DNA of 64,000 bases, from the IMG/VR virus record IMGVR_UViG_3300025858_000016, positions 1 to 64,000 of that record, one strand, 5' to 3'. The notes beneath the pieces are model-generated. The model was given only the letters and a program-made list of their open reading frames with translations. It was not told the DNA's origin and ran no database searches. Below are positions 48,837 through 59,974 of the stretch, in pieces. Positions within the stretch are counted from its first letter, which is position 1. The number at the start of each line of letters is the position of its first letter. A program made the translations under genes and the position numbers. The stretch comes from a virus. Lineage: Duplodnaviria; Caudoviricetes.

Positions 48837-51800
48837 ATGCAAGAGTTAGTATCATATCTTATAAGTAAGAAAATAAAGTTTGAAGAAATTGATGATCAGC
48901 TTTTAAAAATTGATGATCAGCTTTTTCAATTAGTAGCCCCTACAGAAGAGAAGTTGTTTAATGAAGATTTCCATTTAATTATAGATGATATTAAGGGTGA
49001 AAATTTAGTTTTTAATTTTGGTGGTAAGTGGTATTATATATCAAGTGATTCTGTTAATAACCCTCAACTAGTTAAGTTAAGATATTTAGGCAATTTACAA
49101 GAAGAAATTTTAACAACTTCATTTTTAGGTGTTAGAGGGATGTATGAGTTGTTAAATGGATCAGGACATTATAGTGAGTGGATTAGAAAAGCTAAGTTTT
49201 TAAATGTTAAATATTTGGGAATTTGTGAGAAAAATACATTAGCAGGGGTTTTACGATTTCAGAATCAGTGCCAAGCATCAGGAATATCTTCTATAATTGG
49301 TGCAACATATACAGTTTATCAAAGTAAGACAGATTACAAGTATGATGTTAAGTGCTATGTTAAGAACTCAATAGGGTGGGAGAATTTATTATTAATTAAT
49401 ACTGAAGTAAATGTCACTAATAATAAGTTTATTAAACAGGAGAGATTTTTAGAGTTACTAGAAGGAATAGTAGTTGTATTAGATCCAAAGTCTATAAATT
49501 TTAATAGAGTATTAGATTTTCTTAATAAATTGGAGATTTACTATCAGTTAGACACTGTAGAATATGAAGATAAAGAAAGAGATCAGGAGTACTTAGTTAA
49601 TCTTAAGAAGTTTGTAGATAGTAAACTATCTCCGATATCTATTACAGATGCTTTTTATTTAGATAAAGAGGACAGTTTTATTAAGACACGTTTAAATCAA
49701 ATTTCAGAAATAAAAGAATATAAATCTCTGAACCAATTTTTTAAAAGCAAGTTAGAATATTTTGATGAGTTAAGTGTTTTATTCAAGGATGAAGAACGTT
49801 TATTTAACTATTTTGAGAGTGCATTATCTAATGAATTATTATTATGTTCCCAGTGTAATTTTCAAATTAGTTCTACAAAGAAATTTCTTCCAATTTATAA
49901 AATGACAGATGAGCAAAGTAGAGAGTATAAAGATAATGAAGATTTATTTTGGGGGTTAATTGAGAAGGGAATAGAGAAAAGAGTCCCCAAAAATAGATAT
50001 AAAGAGTATTTAGATAGAGTTGAGAGAGAAGTTGAAGTAATTAAATTAGGTGGGTTTATTGATTATTTTTTAATTTTGTGGGATATTATACAGTGGAGTA
50101 ACAGAAATGAGATATTGACAGGGATTGGGCGTGGATCAGCAGGTGGGTGTTTGGTTGCATATTGTCTAGGGATAACCCATCTGGACCCTATAGAGTTTGG
50201 GTTATTATTTGAACGTTTTCTTAATAAAGGGCGTGTGGAAGGGGGATCATTACCTGATATAGATTGTGATTTTGCTGGCGATAGAAGAGATGATGTTAAA
50301 CATTATATGGAGAAACGATATGGAAAGTATCAAGTTTGTTCTGTTGGGACATATACTACTCTACAATTAAAGGCTGCAATTAAAGATCTATCAAGAATTT
50401 ATAATCTTGATATTGGAGACGTAAATTGGATTACTACAGTACTTAATGATGAAGATGATTCTATAGCTGGGATATTTAAAAATGCATTACAACATAGTAG
50501 AATAATGAATTTTATTCAGAATCATGTTGACTTAGTAAACGATTTAGAATCAATTTTAAAATTACCAAGATCTCAATCTGTTCATGCCTGTGCTACTATT
50601 ATTTTACCTGAGGACCGTGATATATTTCATTGGATCCCAGTAAAAAGTGTAATGACAAAAAATAATGAAAATTTATTAGTGAGTGAGTGGGAAGGCGGAG
50701 AATTAGAGTCAATAGGTCTTTTAAAAGAAGATATTTTAGGCATTAGACAATTAGATAAGTTTCAGTTTATTCTTTCTCTTATAGAAGCTAATGGGAAGAA
50801 GAGACCTGATATTTATAAACTTTTTTATGATGATGAAATTGTATTTAAGTATTTTCGTAAGGGGTGGAATCAAGATGTATTTCATTTTGGAGCGAAGGGA
50901 TTAACAAAGTATTGTAAAGAGAGTAAACCAGAAAATATAGGGGATTTAATAGCTGCTATTTCTCTTTATAGACCGGGGCCTATTGAATCTAATCTTCATA
51001 ATGAATATATCTTTCGTAAAGAAGGATCAAAAGAAGTCGAGTATCTTTGGGGTACTGAATCTATTACAAAAGAGACTTATGGGATTTTAATTTATCAGGA
51101 GCAGATTATGCAAACATGTGTGCAAGTTGGTGGTTTTACACTTATTGAAGCAGATGAGATTAGAAAGGCCCTAGGGAAGATGAAGAAAAAATATTCTGAC
51201 CCCTATAGAGAGCGTTTTATTAAAGGGGCAGAAGAGAGAGGTTGCCCTCATGATGAAGCAGTTCATATTTGGGAAGTTATGGAGAGATTTGCTTTATATG
51301 GATTTAATAAATCACATGCTGCAGCTTATACTATTACTGGGTATATATGTCAGTATCTTAAAGTACACTATCCTATTGAGTTTTGGACTTCTGCTTTTGA
51401 ATTTATTGATGAGAGTAGAAGAGAAGAACGTACATTTCAATTTGTTTCAGAGATTAATAAAACAGGCCATATAAAAATTAAATCTCCGAATATTAATGTT
51501 TCTGAATCATCTGTGAAATCTGATCATCTTTCTAATATAATTTATTGGACTTTATCTTCTGTAAAGCAAGTAGGTGGGATAGCAATGGATCAAATTTTAC
51601 AAGAACGATCAAAAAATGGTAAGTATTTTAGTTTTGAAGAATTTGTCCAACGTCATACTTTTACTGGTAGTAAAGTTAATAAACTTCATATAGAGAATTT
51701 AATTTTTTCAGGTGCTTTTGATGAGATTGAAGATATTCAAACTTCAAATGGTCGGATTCGTTTATTAACACAATTTAGAGAGATAAAGAAGATTAAAGTG

Positions 51801-52259
51801 GATAAAGAGAGAGATTTATTTACACTTGATCAAGAGTTTGTTTATTATAATTGGTGGTGGGATTTACAACAGAAACGATTAACAGGGATTGCATTTTTTA
51901 ATTATGAAGAGATTTGTGATAAATATTTAGTAGACTATACTTATATAAATAGTTCAGATATACAAGATGATACAAATGATAACATCTATTATGGGATTGG
52001 TGGGTATATTATTGAAGTTATAGAACGAGAGAGTAAGAAGAAAGGGAAGTATTGTAGTATTAATTTAGACAGTAATAGTGAGTCAGTTTGGGTTAATATA
52101 TTCCCAGATCAATATAAACGTATTTTAGATTCAGGAATACAATTAGTTGGTTCAGAAAAAAAGCTTCTAATTATTACAGGGTTGATAAGAGAAGATGAAT
52201 ATAGAAAAGAAAAAGTAGTAAAAATTTGGGATAGTTCAGAGGTTATATTATTAGGGTAG
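48837..52259 (+). CDS. dnaE: DNA polymerase III alpha subunit (family C)
   Basis: GRGSAGG, LLFERF, PDIDCDF, HACA, KEDILG, SLYRPGP, IYQEQIM, YGFNKSHA. Confidence 0.93.
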   Translation: MQELVSYLISKKIKFEEIDDQLLKIDDQLFQLVAPTEEKLFNEDFHLIIDDIKGENLVFNFGGKWYYISSDSVNNPQLVKLRYLGNLQEEILTTSFLGVRGMYELLNGSGHYSEWIRKAKFLNVKYLGICEKNTLAGVLRFQNQCQASGISSIIGATYTVYQSKTDYKYDVKCYVKNSIGWENLLLINTEVNVTNNKFIKQERFLELLEGIVVVLDPKSINFNRVLDFLNKLEIYYQLDTVEYEDKERDQEYLVNLKKFVDSKLSPISITDAFYLDKEDSFIKTRLNQISEIKEYKSLNQFFKSKLEYFDELSVLFKDEERLFNYFESALSNELLLCSQCNFQISSTKKFLPIYKMTDEQSREYKDNEDLFWGLIEKGIEKRVPKNRYKEYLDRVEREVEVIKLGGFIDYFLILWDIIQWSNRNEILTGIGRGSAGGCLVAYCLGITHLDPIEFGLLFERFLNKGRVEGGSLPDIDCDFAGDRRDDVKHYMEKRYGKYQVCSVGTYTTLQLKAAIKDLSRIYNLDIGDVNWITTVLNDEDDSIAGIFKNALQHSRIMNFIQNHVDLVNDLESILKLPRSQSVHACATIILPEDRDIFHWIPVKSVMTKNNENLLVSEWEGGELESIGLLKEDILGIRQLDKFQFILSLIEANGKKRPDIYKLFYDDEIVFKYFRKGWNQDVFHFGAKGLTKYCKESKPENIGDLIAAISLYRPGPIESNLHNEYIFRKEGSKEVEYLWGTESITKETYGILIYQEQIMQTCVQVGGFTLIEADEIRKALGKMKKKYSDPYRERFIKGAEERGCPHDEAVHIWEVMERFALYGFNKSHAAAYTITGYICQYLKVHYPIEFWTSAFEFIDESRREERTFQFVSEINKTGHIKIKSPNINVSESSVKSDHLSNIIYWTLSSVKQVGGIAMDQILQERSKNGKYFSFEEFVQRHTFTGSKVNKLHIENLIFSGAFDEIEDIQTSNGRIRLLTQFREIKKIKVDKERDLFTLDQEFVYYNWWWDLQQKRLTGIAFFNYEEICDKYLVDYTYINSSDIQDDTNDNIYYGIGGYIIEVIERESKKKGKYCSINLDSNSESVWVNIFPDQYKRILDSGIQLVGSEKKLLIITGLIREDEYRKEKVVKIWDSSEVILLG

Positions 52260-52298
52260 AGAGTTTTAATATAATTTGTTCAGACTTAATTAGTGAAA

Positions 52299-52318
52299 AA
52301 GATTTTTATTAATTTTAA
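52299..52318 (+). promoter_or_regulatory. Phage promoter-like motif AAGATTTTTATTAATTTTAA
   Basis: Identical to 6316-6335. Confidence 0.55.
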
Positions 52319-52334
52319 TAAATAAAACATTTAT

Positions 52335-52898
52335 ATGTCTAATGTAACAATATTCTTTGGTAATCAGACTGTTGTACTTCAATTTGAAGGGTTTAAAGAT
52401 GAAGTGAATGTTGATGAATTAACTTCTATAGATTATAGTAATTTGTATGGTGAGATAGTAACAGTTTCAGCTCTTTTGAATAAGATTGGGTTATTAAGAG
52501 CAGAGGCAGAAAGTGCTGTATCTTTAAAACAACTAGAATGTGATGTATATTCGGCAGATTTAGGTAAGAGATATAGAAGAGAAGCTAATGTTAATGGAGG
52601 TAAGTTTACTATTCCAGATGGTGAACATTTGGTATCTATAAAACTTACTGAAGATTCTATAAATCAGGCAATAATTTTAGATCCTATTTATCAAGCTAAG
52701 AAGAATAGTCTAATTGAATCAAAAAAGAACTTTGGGTTTATAGATTCTTTGTATTGGGCCATACAAAGTAAGGATAAGAAATTGTCATTGATAACTAGAC
52801 CAGTAACTCCTGAAGAATTTGTAAATGAAATTATTGAAGGAGAAATAAATGGAATGTTTATTAAAAAATTAAAAGATAATTGGACACAGAATTCATAA
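52335..52898 (+). CDS. UvsY-like recombination mediator (tentative)
   Basis: Long helical protein with KLTE.SI..AI..D...F..SL..AIQSK pattern; next to SSB and recA. Confidence 0.4.
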   Translation: MSNVTIFFGNQTVVLQFEGFKDEVNVDELTSIDYSNLYGEIVTVSALLNKIGLLRAEAESAVSLKQLECDVYSADLGKRYRREANVNGGKFTIPDGEHLVSIKLTEDSINQAIILDPIYQAKKNSLIESKKNFGFIDSLYWAIQSKDKKLSLITRPVTPEEFVNEIIEGEINGMFIKKLKDNWTQNS

Positions 52899-52911
52899 AA
52901 CTCACAAATAA

Positions 52912-53178
52912 ATGAACATTAAAATTGAGAATTATATTTTAAAGCCTTGCACCGGGGCATCAGAACGATGGGATTTAATTGAAGTTGTACAACGAAAGAG
53001 AGAGTCGGATGGCAAGATATATGATGATTATAATGAAATTGCTTTCGGTATATCTTTAAAAACAGCTAAGCAGAAGATAGTTGGTATTATGTTGGCCAAG
53101 GATACACGAACAGTTGATATAAAAACATTTGAACAAGAACTCACAAAACTCATAAATAAAATTGAAACATTAATCTAA
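52912..53178 (+). CDS. Hypothetical protein
   Basis: ORF only. Confidence 0.5.
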   Translation: MNIKIENYILKPCTGASERWDLIEVVQRKRESDGKIYDDYNEIAFGISLKTAKQKIVGIMLAKDTRTVDIKTFEQELTKLINKIETLI

Positions 53179-53189
53179 AACAAAACATC

Positions 53190-54611
53190 ATGGACAGAAG
53201 TCAATTTAAAGGAGCAACATTAGGCTCTATCAAAGATGAACAAGAAAATGCCAAAAAGGCAATCCCTACTTCTGATGGAGAGGGTAGAGCCGGGTTTCAC
53301 AAAATTGAGGATGGTGAAAATTGGCGTCGTATTGCACCAGCACATAAACCAGATCAACCGGCATATTGTGCTAAGTCAACAGTATTTCTTGAATGCGAAG
53401 TGGATGAACTTGATAAAGAAGGTAATCCAACAGGCAGAAAAGAACTTAAAACTAAAAACATTTTTATTGCAACTCAGCATTCTAATGTTTTAAAGGAAGA
53501 TCCTATTCTTCTTTATATTTCATTTGTTCAAAAACGTGCAAATGATGAGATTCAGGATAAAGATGAGCGACAGAAGTTTTTGTACCCTATAAATGGTTGG
53601 AGAGGTAAAGACGGTAAATGGAATTGGGGTATAAAACCTTCAATTGAGTATATTTGTTATGCTTGGGATAAAAATGGCAAATTAGGTAGAGAGACTCTTT
53701 ATTCTTATATGTTAGATAGTATGAAGAAAATTTCAGTTCAACAAGCACCAGAAAATACTGAAATTATCCCTGATATTTTTACTGACCCTGATGAAGGTTA
53801 TCCATTAATTATCACAAAAGGTAAAAATGATAAGGGAAAAATTGAATACACTATATCCTGTGAACTCCCTTCAAAAGAAAAGCGTGAATCTTGGGATGAT
53901 TTTTTTAAGAGGACTAGAATTACTGATGAACAGTTTGTTGATTTCATGAAAAGAGAGAGTTTGTATGAATTATATAAGAATGTGTATACTATGCGTGATT
54001 TTGAGATGGCTATTGATGGATTGATGAGATTTGATAAAAGATATAAGTATAATATTTTTGAGAATGAAGAATTTCTTGAAAAGATAGCCAATCTTAAAAA
54101 ACAAGTCCCTGCCTATACTCCTAAACAGTATGGAGCATCATCTGAAGAAAGATCTAATGATGAAAATCATAAGGAAGAAGTATCTGAGAAAAATATTGCT
54201 CCTGATAAGAAACATGGAACTGGTATTAAAAGTGAATCTTCAAAGGAAGTGACTAGTAATAATTTACCTGCTCCTATTCCAGCTATGAAACGTCAATTGT
54301 CGGAGTATATTAAAGATAATTATGGTGATGATTATAAATTACCTGAGTTGTCAAGGGAACAGTTGATTGAATGGTATAAGTTAGCTAAGAATGGTGATGA
54401 ATTACCATTTGATGAAATAGAATTAAAAGAAATAGGTCAGGACAATAAAATAACAGAACCGAAAGAAGAGTCAAAAATTGAGAAAGAAGAAGAACCTGAA
54501 CAATCAAATGAGTCATCTAATAAGCCTGAAGTTGTTGTAAATTCAAAACAGATTGATCCTGATTTACAGGCACAAATTGATGCTTTAAGAAAAAGAAGAC
54601 AAAGTAAATAA
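53190..54611 (+). CDS. Single-stranded DNA-binding protein (gp32-like, tentative)
   Basis: FHKIEDGENWRRIAP, DP, FTDPDEGY..IITK...Y; acidic low-complexity tail; followed by a terminator. Confidence 0.55.
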   Translation: MDRSQFKGATLGSIKDEQENAKKAIPTSDGEGRAGFHKIEDGENWRRIAPAHKPDQPAYCAKSTVFLECEVDELDKEGNPTGRKELKTKNIFIATQHSNVLKEDPILLYISFVQKRANDEIQDKDERQKFLYPINGWRGKDGKWNWGIKPSIEYICYAWDKNGKLGRETLYSYMLDSMKKISVQQAPENTEIIPDIFTDPDEGYPLIITKGKNDKGKIEYTISCELPSKEKRESWDDFFKRTRITDEQFVDFMKRESLYELYKNVYTMRDFEMAIDGLMRFDKRYKYNIFENEEFLEKIANLKKQVPAYTPKQYGASSEERSNDENHKEEVSEKNIAPDKKHGTGIKSESSKEVTSNNLPAPIPAMKRQLSEYIKDNYGDDYKLPELSREQLIEWYKLAKNGDELPFDEIELKEIGQDNKITEPKEESKIEKEEEPEQSNESSNKPEVVVNSKQIDPDLQAQIDALRKRRQSK

Positions 54612-54623
54612 TTTTCGTAAATT

Positions 54624-54658
54624 AATAGGAGTGGGATTAAATCACCCACTCCTATTTT
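54624..54658 (+). terminator. Rho-independent terminator
   Basis: 12-bp stem AATAGGAGTGGG/CCCACTCCTATT plus T tail. Confidence 0.75.
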
Positions 54659-54671
54659 AAAATTTTGTAAC

Positions 54672-55721
54672 ATGAAAAAGGAAATAGCAGTTATATCAAC
54701 TGATTGGCATTTAAAAGAAAGTAATATTGAACAAATAAAAGATTTAGTTAGACAAAAATGTGAACTAGCTAAATCTTTAGGAATAAAAGTATTATTTTGT
54801 TTGGGAGATATGTTAGATAGTAGACCCGGCCAGAAAGAAGTAGTTCTTACAGCTTTAAGCGATATAATTAATATGGTATGTACTCAGTATGAGTTTGATT
54901 TTTGGGTAATTCCGGGTAATCATGATAAACAGAATTATTCAAGTTATGATAGTTATTTGAATAGTTATAAGTTTCACCCTAAATTTAAAGTAATAGATAG
55001 AAAGGGAATGTATTCAGTAGGTGATGTTCTATTCCATATGATGCCCTTTTTTAAAGAAGATATGTGGTTCAAGGAACTTGAAGATTTTAAGGAATATATT
55101 GGAGAGTTTGATAAGAGTAAAAGATATGTTTTATTAAGTCATCAAGCTATTAATGGGTCAGTAAATAATGATGGGTCAAAAGTTCAATGTGGTATATCTG
55201 TTAATGATTTTAAAGGATTTAATTTAGTTTTATTGGGTCATTATCACAATGCTCAACAATTATCTAAAAATATCTTTCATATTCCTTCTATACAACAAAA
55301 TAATTTTGGTGAAGATTCTGAAAAGGGATTTACTGTCGTGTATGATGATTGTACTATTGATTTAGTAAAGTCAAGTTTTAAAGAGTATGAGAAAGTAATA
55401 ATAGATATGGATAAACATAACACTGATTATGTTGATGAACAGATAGTAAAGTATGCTAGTTTAAATAAGTTTATTAGATTTGAGTTTGTTGGGTCAGAAG
55501 ATAGGGTTAAATTTATTAAGAAAGAAAAGTTTATTGCTGCTGGTATTGATGTTAAAATAAAAGTTAAGGAGATTGAAAAAGAGATAGAATATGCTTCTAA
55601 TGAAATTAAGAAACATGATAAAGAGACTATTGTTGAAGAGTTTAAAGAATTTTGTGCTGAGAATAAAAAAGACTTCAATGAAGGCATTAAATTTTTAAAT
55701 AAAAAATTGAATGGAAAATAA
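54672..55721 (+). CDS. SbcD/Mre11-like metallophosphoesterase nuclease
   Basis: TDWH, LGD, PGNHD, SHQ, LGHYH. Confidence 0.85.
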   Translation: MKKEIAVISTDWHLKESNIEQIKDLVRQKCELAKSLGIKVLFCLGDMLDSRPGQKEVVLTALSDIINMVCTQYEFDFWVIPGNHDKQNYSSYDSYLNSYKFHPKFKVIDRKGMYSVGDVLFHMMPFFKEDMWFKELEDFKEYIGEFDKSKRYVLLSHQAINGSVNNDGSKVQCGISVNDFKGFNLVLLGHYHNAQQLSKNIFHIPSIQQNNFGEDSEKGFTVVYDDCTIDLVKSSFKEYEKVIIDMDKHNTDYVDEQIVKYASLNKFIRFEFVGSEDRVKFIKKEKFIAAGIDVKIKVKEIEKEIEYASNEIKKHDKETIVEEFKEFCAENKKDFNEGIKFLNKKLNGK

Positions 55722-56697
55722 TAAAATAAAAGATGCCATTTTTGCTTTAGAAAAGAAATTTGGTAAAAATACTATTATTGGTCTTGATGATGATGGTGAA
55801 AGCACATCAGGTATAAAGTTTGTTTCATCTGGTTCTATTACTCTTGATAATGCATTAGGGGGTGGTTATGCCAGAGGCAGAGTTATTGAAATATTTGGCC
55901 CTGAATCGTCTGGTAAAACTACATTAACCTTGCATGCTATTGCTGAAGTTCAAAAAGAAGGTGGTGTAGCTGCTTTCATTGATATGGAACATGCTTTTGA
56001 TAGAGTGTATGCTCAAAATTTGGGTGTTGATATTTCTAAAGAGAGTCTTTTGTTTTCACAGCCTAGTAATGGAGAACAAGCATTTGACATTGCTGAAACT
56101 TTGATTCGTACGGGAGAAATAGATATTGTTGTTATAGATTCAGTTGCAGCATTGACCCCTAAAGCAGAAATAGAAGGTGATTTCGGAGATTCAAAGATGG
56201 GGTTACAGGCCAGATTAATGTCACAGGCTTTACGTAAACTAACTTCAATTGTTGGTAATACTGATACTATATTATTTTTTACTAATCAGTTGCGTGAAAA
56301 AATTGGTGTTATGTTTGGTAATCCGGAAACAACAACTGGTGGAAATGCTTTAAAATTTTATGCTTCACAAAGATTGGATATTAGAAGAATTAATATTAAT
56401 AAAGATGGTGATGAAGCTATTAGTAACAGAGTAAAAGTAAAGGTAATAAAGAATAAAACAGCTCCTCCATTTAGGGTTGCAGAATTTGACATTATATATG
56501 GAGAGGGTATTGATAAATTAAATGAACTTATTCAATTAAGTGTTGAATTAGGAGTAATTAAGAAAAGTGGGTCATGGTATTCATATGAAGATACTAAATT
56601 GGGACAAGGTATAGAACAAGTTAAAAAAATTATATTGGATAACCCTGAATTGCTTGGTGAACTTGAAGTTATTATTAATAAAAACTTTCGTAAATAA
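55711..56697 (+). CDS. recA: RecA recombinase
   Basis: [57 protein letters not shown]. Confidence 0.97.
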   Translation: MENNKIKDAIFALEKKFGKNTIIGLDDDGESTSGIKFVSSGSITLDNALGGGYARGRVIEIFGPESSGKTTLTLHAIAEVQKEGGVAAFIDMEHAFDRVYAQNLGVDISKESLLFSQPSNGEQAFDIAETLIRTGEIDIVVIDSVAALTPKAEIEGDFGDSKMGLQARLMSQALRKLTSIVGNTDTILFFTNQLREKIGVMFGNPETTTGGNALKFYASQRLDIRRININKDGDEAISNRVKVKVIKNKTAPPFRVAEFDIIYGEGIDKLNELIQLSVELGVIKKSGSWYSYEDTKLGQGIEQVKKIILDNPELLGELEVIINKNFRK

Positions 56698-58712
56698 TGG
56701 AAATTAAATTCTTAAAAGCTGTAAATTTTCAATCATTTCGTGGTGAAGTTTACTATCAGATCCAGAATGGATTACCTGTTCTAATAAAAGGTGATAATCA
56801 AACAGACCCTGGCCAGGAATCTAATGGGTCTGGGAAATCAGTATTGATGTCAATTGTGGAGTATGTATACTTACATATGACTTCTAAGAAAGTTACTGAT
56901 GTTAATTTGATTAATTGGTTAGAAGATAATTGCACTCTTTCTTCAGAAATTTATTGCCCTATCCGGAAGGAATCTTTGTTGATAGAACGTGAAATATCAC
57001 GTAAAAATGGTGGTAGTAGTCAACTATCAGTAAATGGTAAGATAAAATATGCATTCGGAGATAAAATGGTCAATGAGATTGATAAGTTCATAATTGATTG
57101 GATTGGTATTTCTAAAGAAGATTTGCAGAATTTTTTTATATTGAATAAGTTTAAGTATGTGTCATTCTTTGATTCATCTAATACTAATTTGATAAAATTA
57201 ATTGGTAGATTTTCTAATTCAAGTATTATTTCTGGTATAGATAGTGATATTTTGTCAAATATTGGAGAATTAGAAACTAATTTAAAATTATTACATGGTT
57301 CTAAAGAACGTGTTCTAGGCAAGATTGAAGTTCATAAACAGAATATTGATAATGAAAAGAATATTGATAAAGAGGTCCTACTTGTTCAAGAAATGAATAA
57401 AATAGATGAACAGATAATTGAAGAAAGTAATAAGATTATTGCGTACAGATCAGATATTAGTTGTAATAATGAAGAGATTGATAAATTATTATGTGATTTA
57501 AAAACTATAGATAGTCAGCTTGTTAAGATTAAAGAAGAGGTTAATGATTCAAAAAGTAAACTGTCGGTATTTGATTTAAAATACAAAGAGATTGATAGTA
57601 AGATTTCAAATGTTAGAGTTGATAAAGATGTTGTAGATAATGAAATAAATAAATTAAATGATAATAAGAGAGAGATATTGTTAACTATTCAGGAAATAGA
57701 GATAAATTTGAAAGGTACTGTTGTTTGTCCTAAATGTAGTCATGAATTTATAGTTAGTAAAGAAGATATTGATGTTACACAGGAGAAAGAGGCTTTGAGT
57801 CAAGCTAAAGAATTAGTTGATAAAATAGAGAATAATTATAATTCTTTAAAAGAGAAGTTAAGGTTATATGATCAAAATATTACTTCATTAAAGAGAGACA
57901 GGCTAGTGGTGGAATCAGAAGAGTCAGAAATAAAGACATTAAATAATAAATTGAATCAGAGTATAGATAATAGCTTATTGTCAATAAGAAGAACAAATAA
58001 TGATATTGAAGTTTTAAAACAAAGTTCTGATAGTAAGAAAAAATTGATAGAGATTTGTGATAGTAATATTAAAAATCTTGAGACCAGTAAGTCGAAATTA
58101 AATACTAATAACTTTGATAATACTGATAAAATTAAAGCTATTGAACAAGAGATAAAAAATTGTGAAGATGAAATTGAAGATATTAGTTTAAATATTAATA
58201 AAATAGATGAAGAGATTTTGAATTATAAACAATGGGCTTTTACGTTCAAAGAATTTGTACAATATCTATCAGTCAAAACATTAAAGGTTTTACAGAGTTA
58301 TGCTAATAAGTTCCTAAATGATCTAAAAACAGATTTAAGAGTACAATTAGAAGGATATAAGATAAAATCAGATGGTACACTGTCAGACAAAATAACAGCA
58401 TATATTGTTAGGGATGGTCAAGTAAGAGAGTTTGGTAATTTCTCTGGTGGAGAGAGAGTAAGATTAGAAGCTGCTATGATTCTCACCATTCAACATGCTA
58501 TAAATTCAACACACCTTTATGGAGGATTGAATTTTTTAAGTATAGATGAAATATTCGAATCAGCTGATAGATTAGGTATTAATTTACTAACATCTTCATT
58601 GGTTGATCTTAAAAAGACAATTTTAATTACTACCCATATACCTGGTGATAATTATGAATGTCCTGTAGTTACTATTCAAAAAATAAATGGAGTCAGTAAA
58701 CTTGTAAATTAA
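56697..58712 (+). CDS. SbcC/Rad50-like ATPase
   Basis: NFQSF, NGSGKS, coiled coil with CPKC hook, FSGGE, IDE, ITTH. Confidence 0.9.
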   Translation: MEIKFLKAVNFQSFRGEVYYQIQNGLPVLIKGDNQTDPGQESNGSGKSVLMSIVEYVYLHMTSKKVTDVNLINWLEDNCTLSSEIYCPIRKESLLIEREISRKNGGSSQLSVNGKIKYAFGDKMVNEIDKFIIDWIGISKEDLQNFFILNKFKYVSFFDSSNTNLIKLIGRFSNSSIISGIDSDILSNIGELETNLKLLHGSKERVLGKIEVHKQNIDNEKNIDKEVLLVQEMNKIDEQIIEESNKIIAYRSDISCNNEEIDKLLCDLKTIDSQLVKIKEEVNDSKSKLSVFDLKYKEIDSKISNVRVDKDVVDNEINKLNDNKREILLTIQEIEINLKGTVVCPKCSHEFIVSKEDIDVTQEKEALSQAKELVDKIENNYNSLKEKLRLYDQNITSLKRDRLVVESEESEIKTLNNKLNQSIDNSLLSIRRTNNDIEVLKQSSDSKKKLIEICDSNIKNLETSKSKLNTNNFDNTDKIKAIEQEIKNCEDEIEDISLNINKIDEEILNYKQWAFTFKEFVQYLSVKTLKVLQSYANKFLNDLKTDLRVQLEGYKIKSDGTLSDKITAYIVRDGQVREFGNFSGGERVRLEAAMILTIQHAINSTHLYGGLNFLSIDEIFESADRLGINLLTSSLVDLKKTILITTHIPGDNYECPVVTIQKINGVSKLVN

Positions 58713-58717
58713 AAAAT

Positions 58718-59245
58718 ATGAAAAAGTTGTGTATTGGTATTGATCCTGGTAAAGATGGGTATGTAGTAACATATAATGATGTTACTGGTAACAGAACTAT
58801 GTTACCTATTCCAAAGATAGGAGACAAAGTTGATGTACATGGTATATATGAATTGTTTGGTGTTATAAAAACCACATTTCATGACTATTCTATACAAGTA
58901 TGTATAGAAGATGTTCATGCTATATTTGGAGCATCTGCAAAGAGTACTTTTGAATTTGGGTACATTAATGGTATATTAGAGATGGCTATTGTTTCTTGTG
59001 GATTTTCATATACTAAAGTAGCCCCTAAAAAGTGGCAATCATTAATGTGGCAAGGTGTACCTATACAGAAGAAAGTATCTTCAACAGGTAAAACTTTAGT
59101 TAATAATACTAAAGCTATTTCAGAAATGGCAGCAAGAAGATTGTTCCCAGATATGGATTTTCGTCGTACAACAAGGTGCAAAAATAATGATGAAAATCTT
59201 ATTGATGCACTTTTGATATGTGAATATTGTAGGAGAAATTTCTAA
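58718..59245 (+). CDS. RuvC-like Holliday junction resolvase
   Basis: IGIDPG, IEDV, F.FG..G, P..WQ, DALLI. Confidence 0.8.
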   Translation: MKKLCIGIDPGKDGYVVTYNDVTGNRTMLPIPKIGDKVDVHGIYELFGVIKTTFHDYSIQVCIEDVHAIFGASAKSTFEFGYINGILEMAIVSCGFSYTKVAPKKWQSLMWQGVPIQKKVSSTGKTLVNNTKAISEMAARRLFPDMDFRRTTRCKNNDENLIDALLICEYCRRNF

Positions 59246-59574
59246 TGGCTATACTATCATGCCCTAATTGTGAGTATGAAGTTACTGTTCATAAAGTAAC
59301 TTATTGCAAAGATGGTAAAGTTTTTAAAGTAAACAAAGTATGTCCTAATTGCGGTACAGCGTTAGTTGAAGAACCATCATTTATTAATGAGAGTGCTATA
59401 GAAGGATTTGAAGTATCAAGATGGGGGTCAATGGGAGAAAAAGAAAAGAGACAAGTTATTAAAGACAGAGCTAGACGTCATTATAATAATGTTGATAAGA
59501 AAGAAGCTGAACATAAGAGAGATGAAACAATAAAAAATATAAAACAACAATTTGAAAAAGGAAAACAAAAATGA
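59245..59574 (+). CDS. Zinc-ribbon protein
   Basis: CPNC...CPNCG. Confidence 0.55.
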   Translation: MAILSCPNCEYEVTVHKVTYCKDGKVFKVNKVCPNCGTALVEEPSFINESAIEGFEVSRWGSMGEKEKRQVIKDRARRHYNNVDKKEAEHKRDETIKNIKQQFEKGKQK

Positions 59575-59891
59575 TACAGGATCAAGATTCTTTACAGTAC
59601 ATTATTAATAAAGTAGGTAAAACTATTTTAGTGATTCACGATGTTGATGATAAAGATTATTGTTATTTGATTGAAGAATTTAAACCAGCTAACCCTTCTA
59701 ATCATATACATGATAATTTTGTGAAGGGAAGATGTATTAATGGAGTAATACAAGCATTGGGAAGTTTTTCTAATGGATTTAGTGTAGGAGATTTAACTTT
59801 GTCTCAAAAGATGATGGAGATACCTATACAAAATTTTGTTTTTAGTGATTTAAAATGGATATGGTTTAAAGGTTATGATAGTGTTATTTAA
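59571..59891 (+). CDS. Hypothetical protein
   Basis: ORF; ATGA overlap. Confidence 0.5.
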   Translation: MIQDQDSLQYIINKVGKTILVIHDVDDKDYCYLIEEFKPANPSNHIHDNFVKGRCINGVIQALGSFSNGFSVGDLTLSQKMMEIPIQNFVFSDLKWIWFKGYDSVI

Positions 59892-59922
59892 TTGATAGTT
59901 AATATAATAATCAATATCCCTT

Positions 59923-59941
59923 ATTTATAATCATTATAAAT
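59923..59941. promoter_or_regulatory. 9-1-9 palindromic operator, copy 2
   Basis: Perfect palindrome ATTTATAAT-C-ATTATAAAT. Confidence 0.55.
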
Positions 59942-59974
59942 TAAGGATATTTTTAAAAATAATTGATTAATAAT

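Noticed and set aside
36634-56697. Introns or inteins in terL, dnaE, helicase or recA
   Set aside because: ORFs are uninterrupted and of normal length, with no intein or homing-endonuclease motifs recognised.
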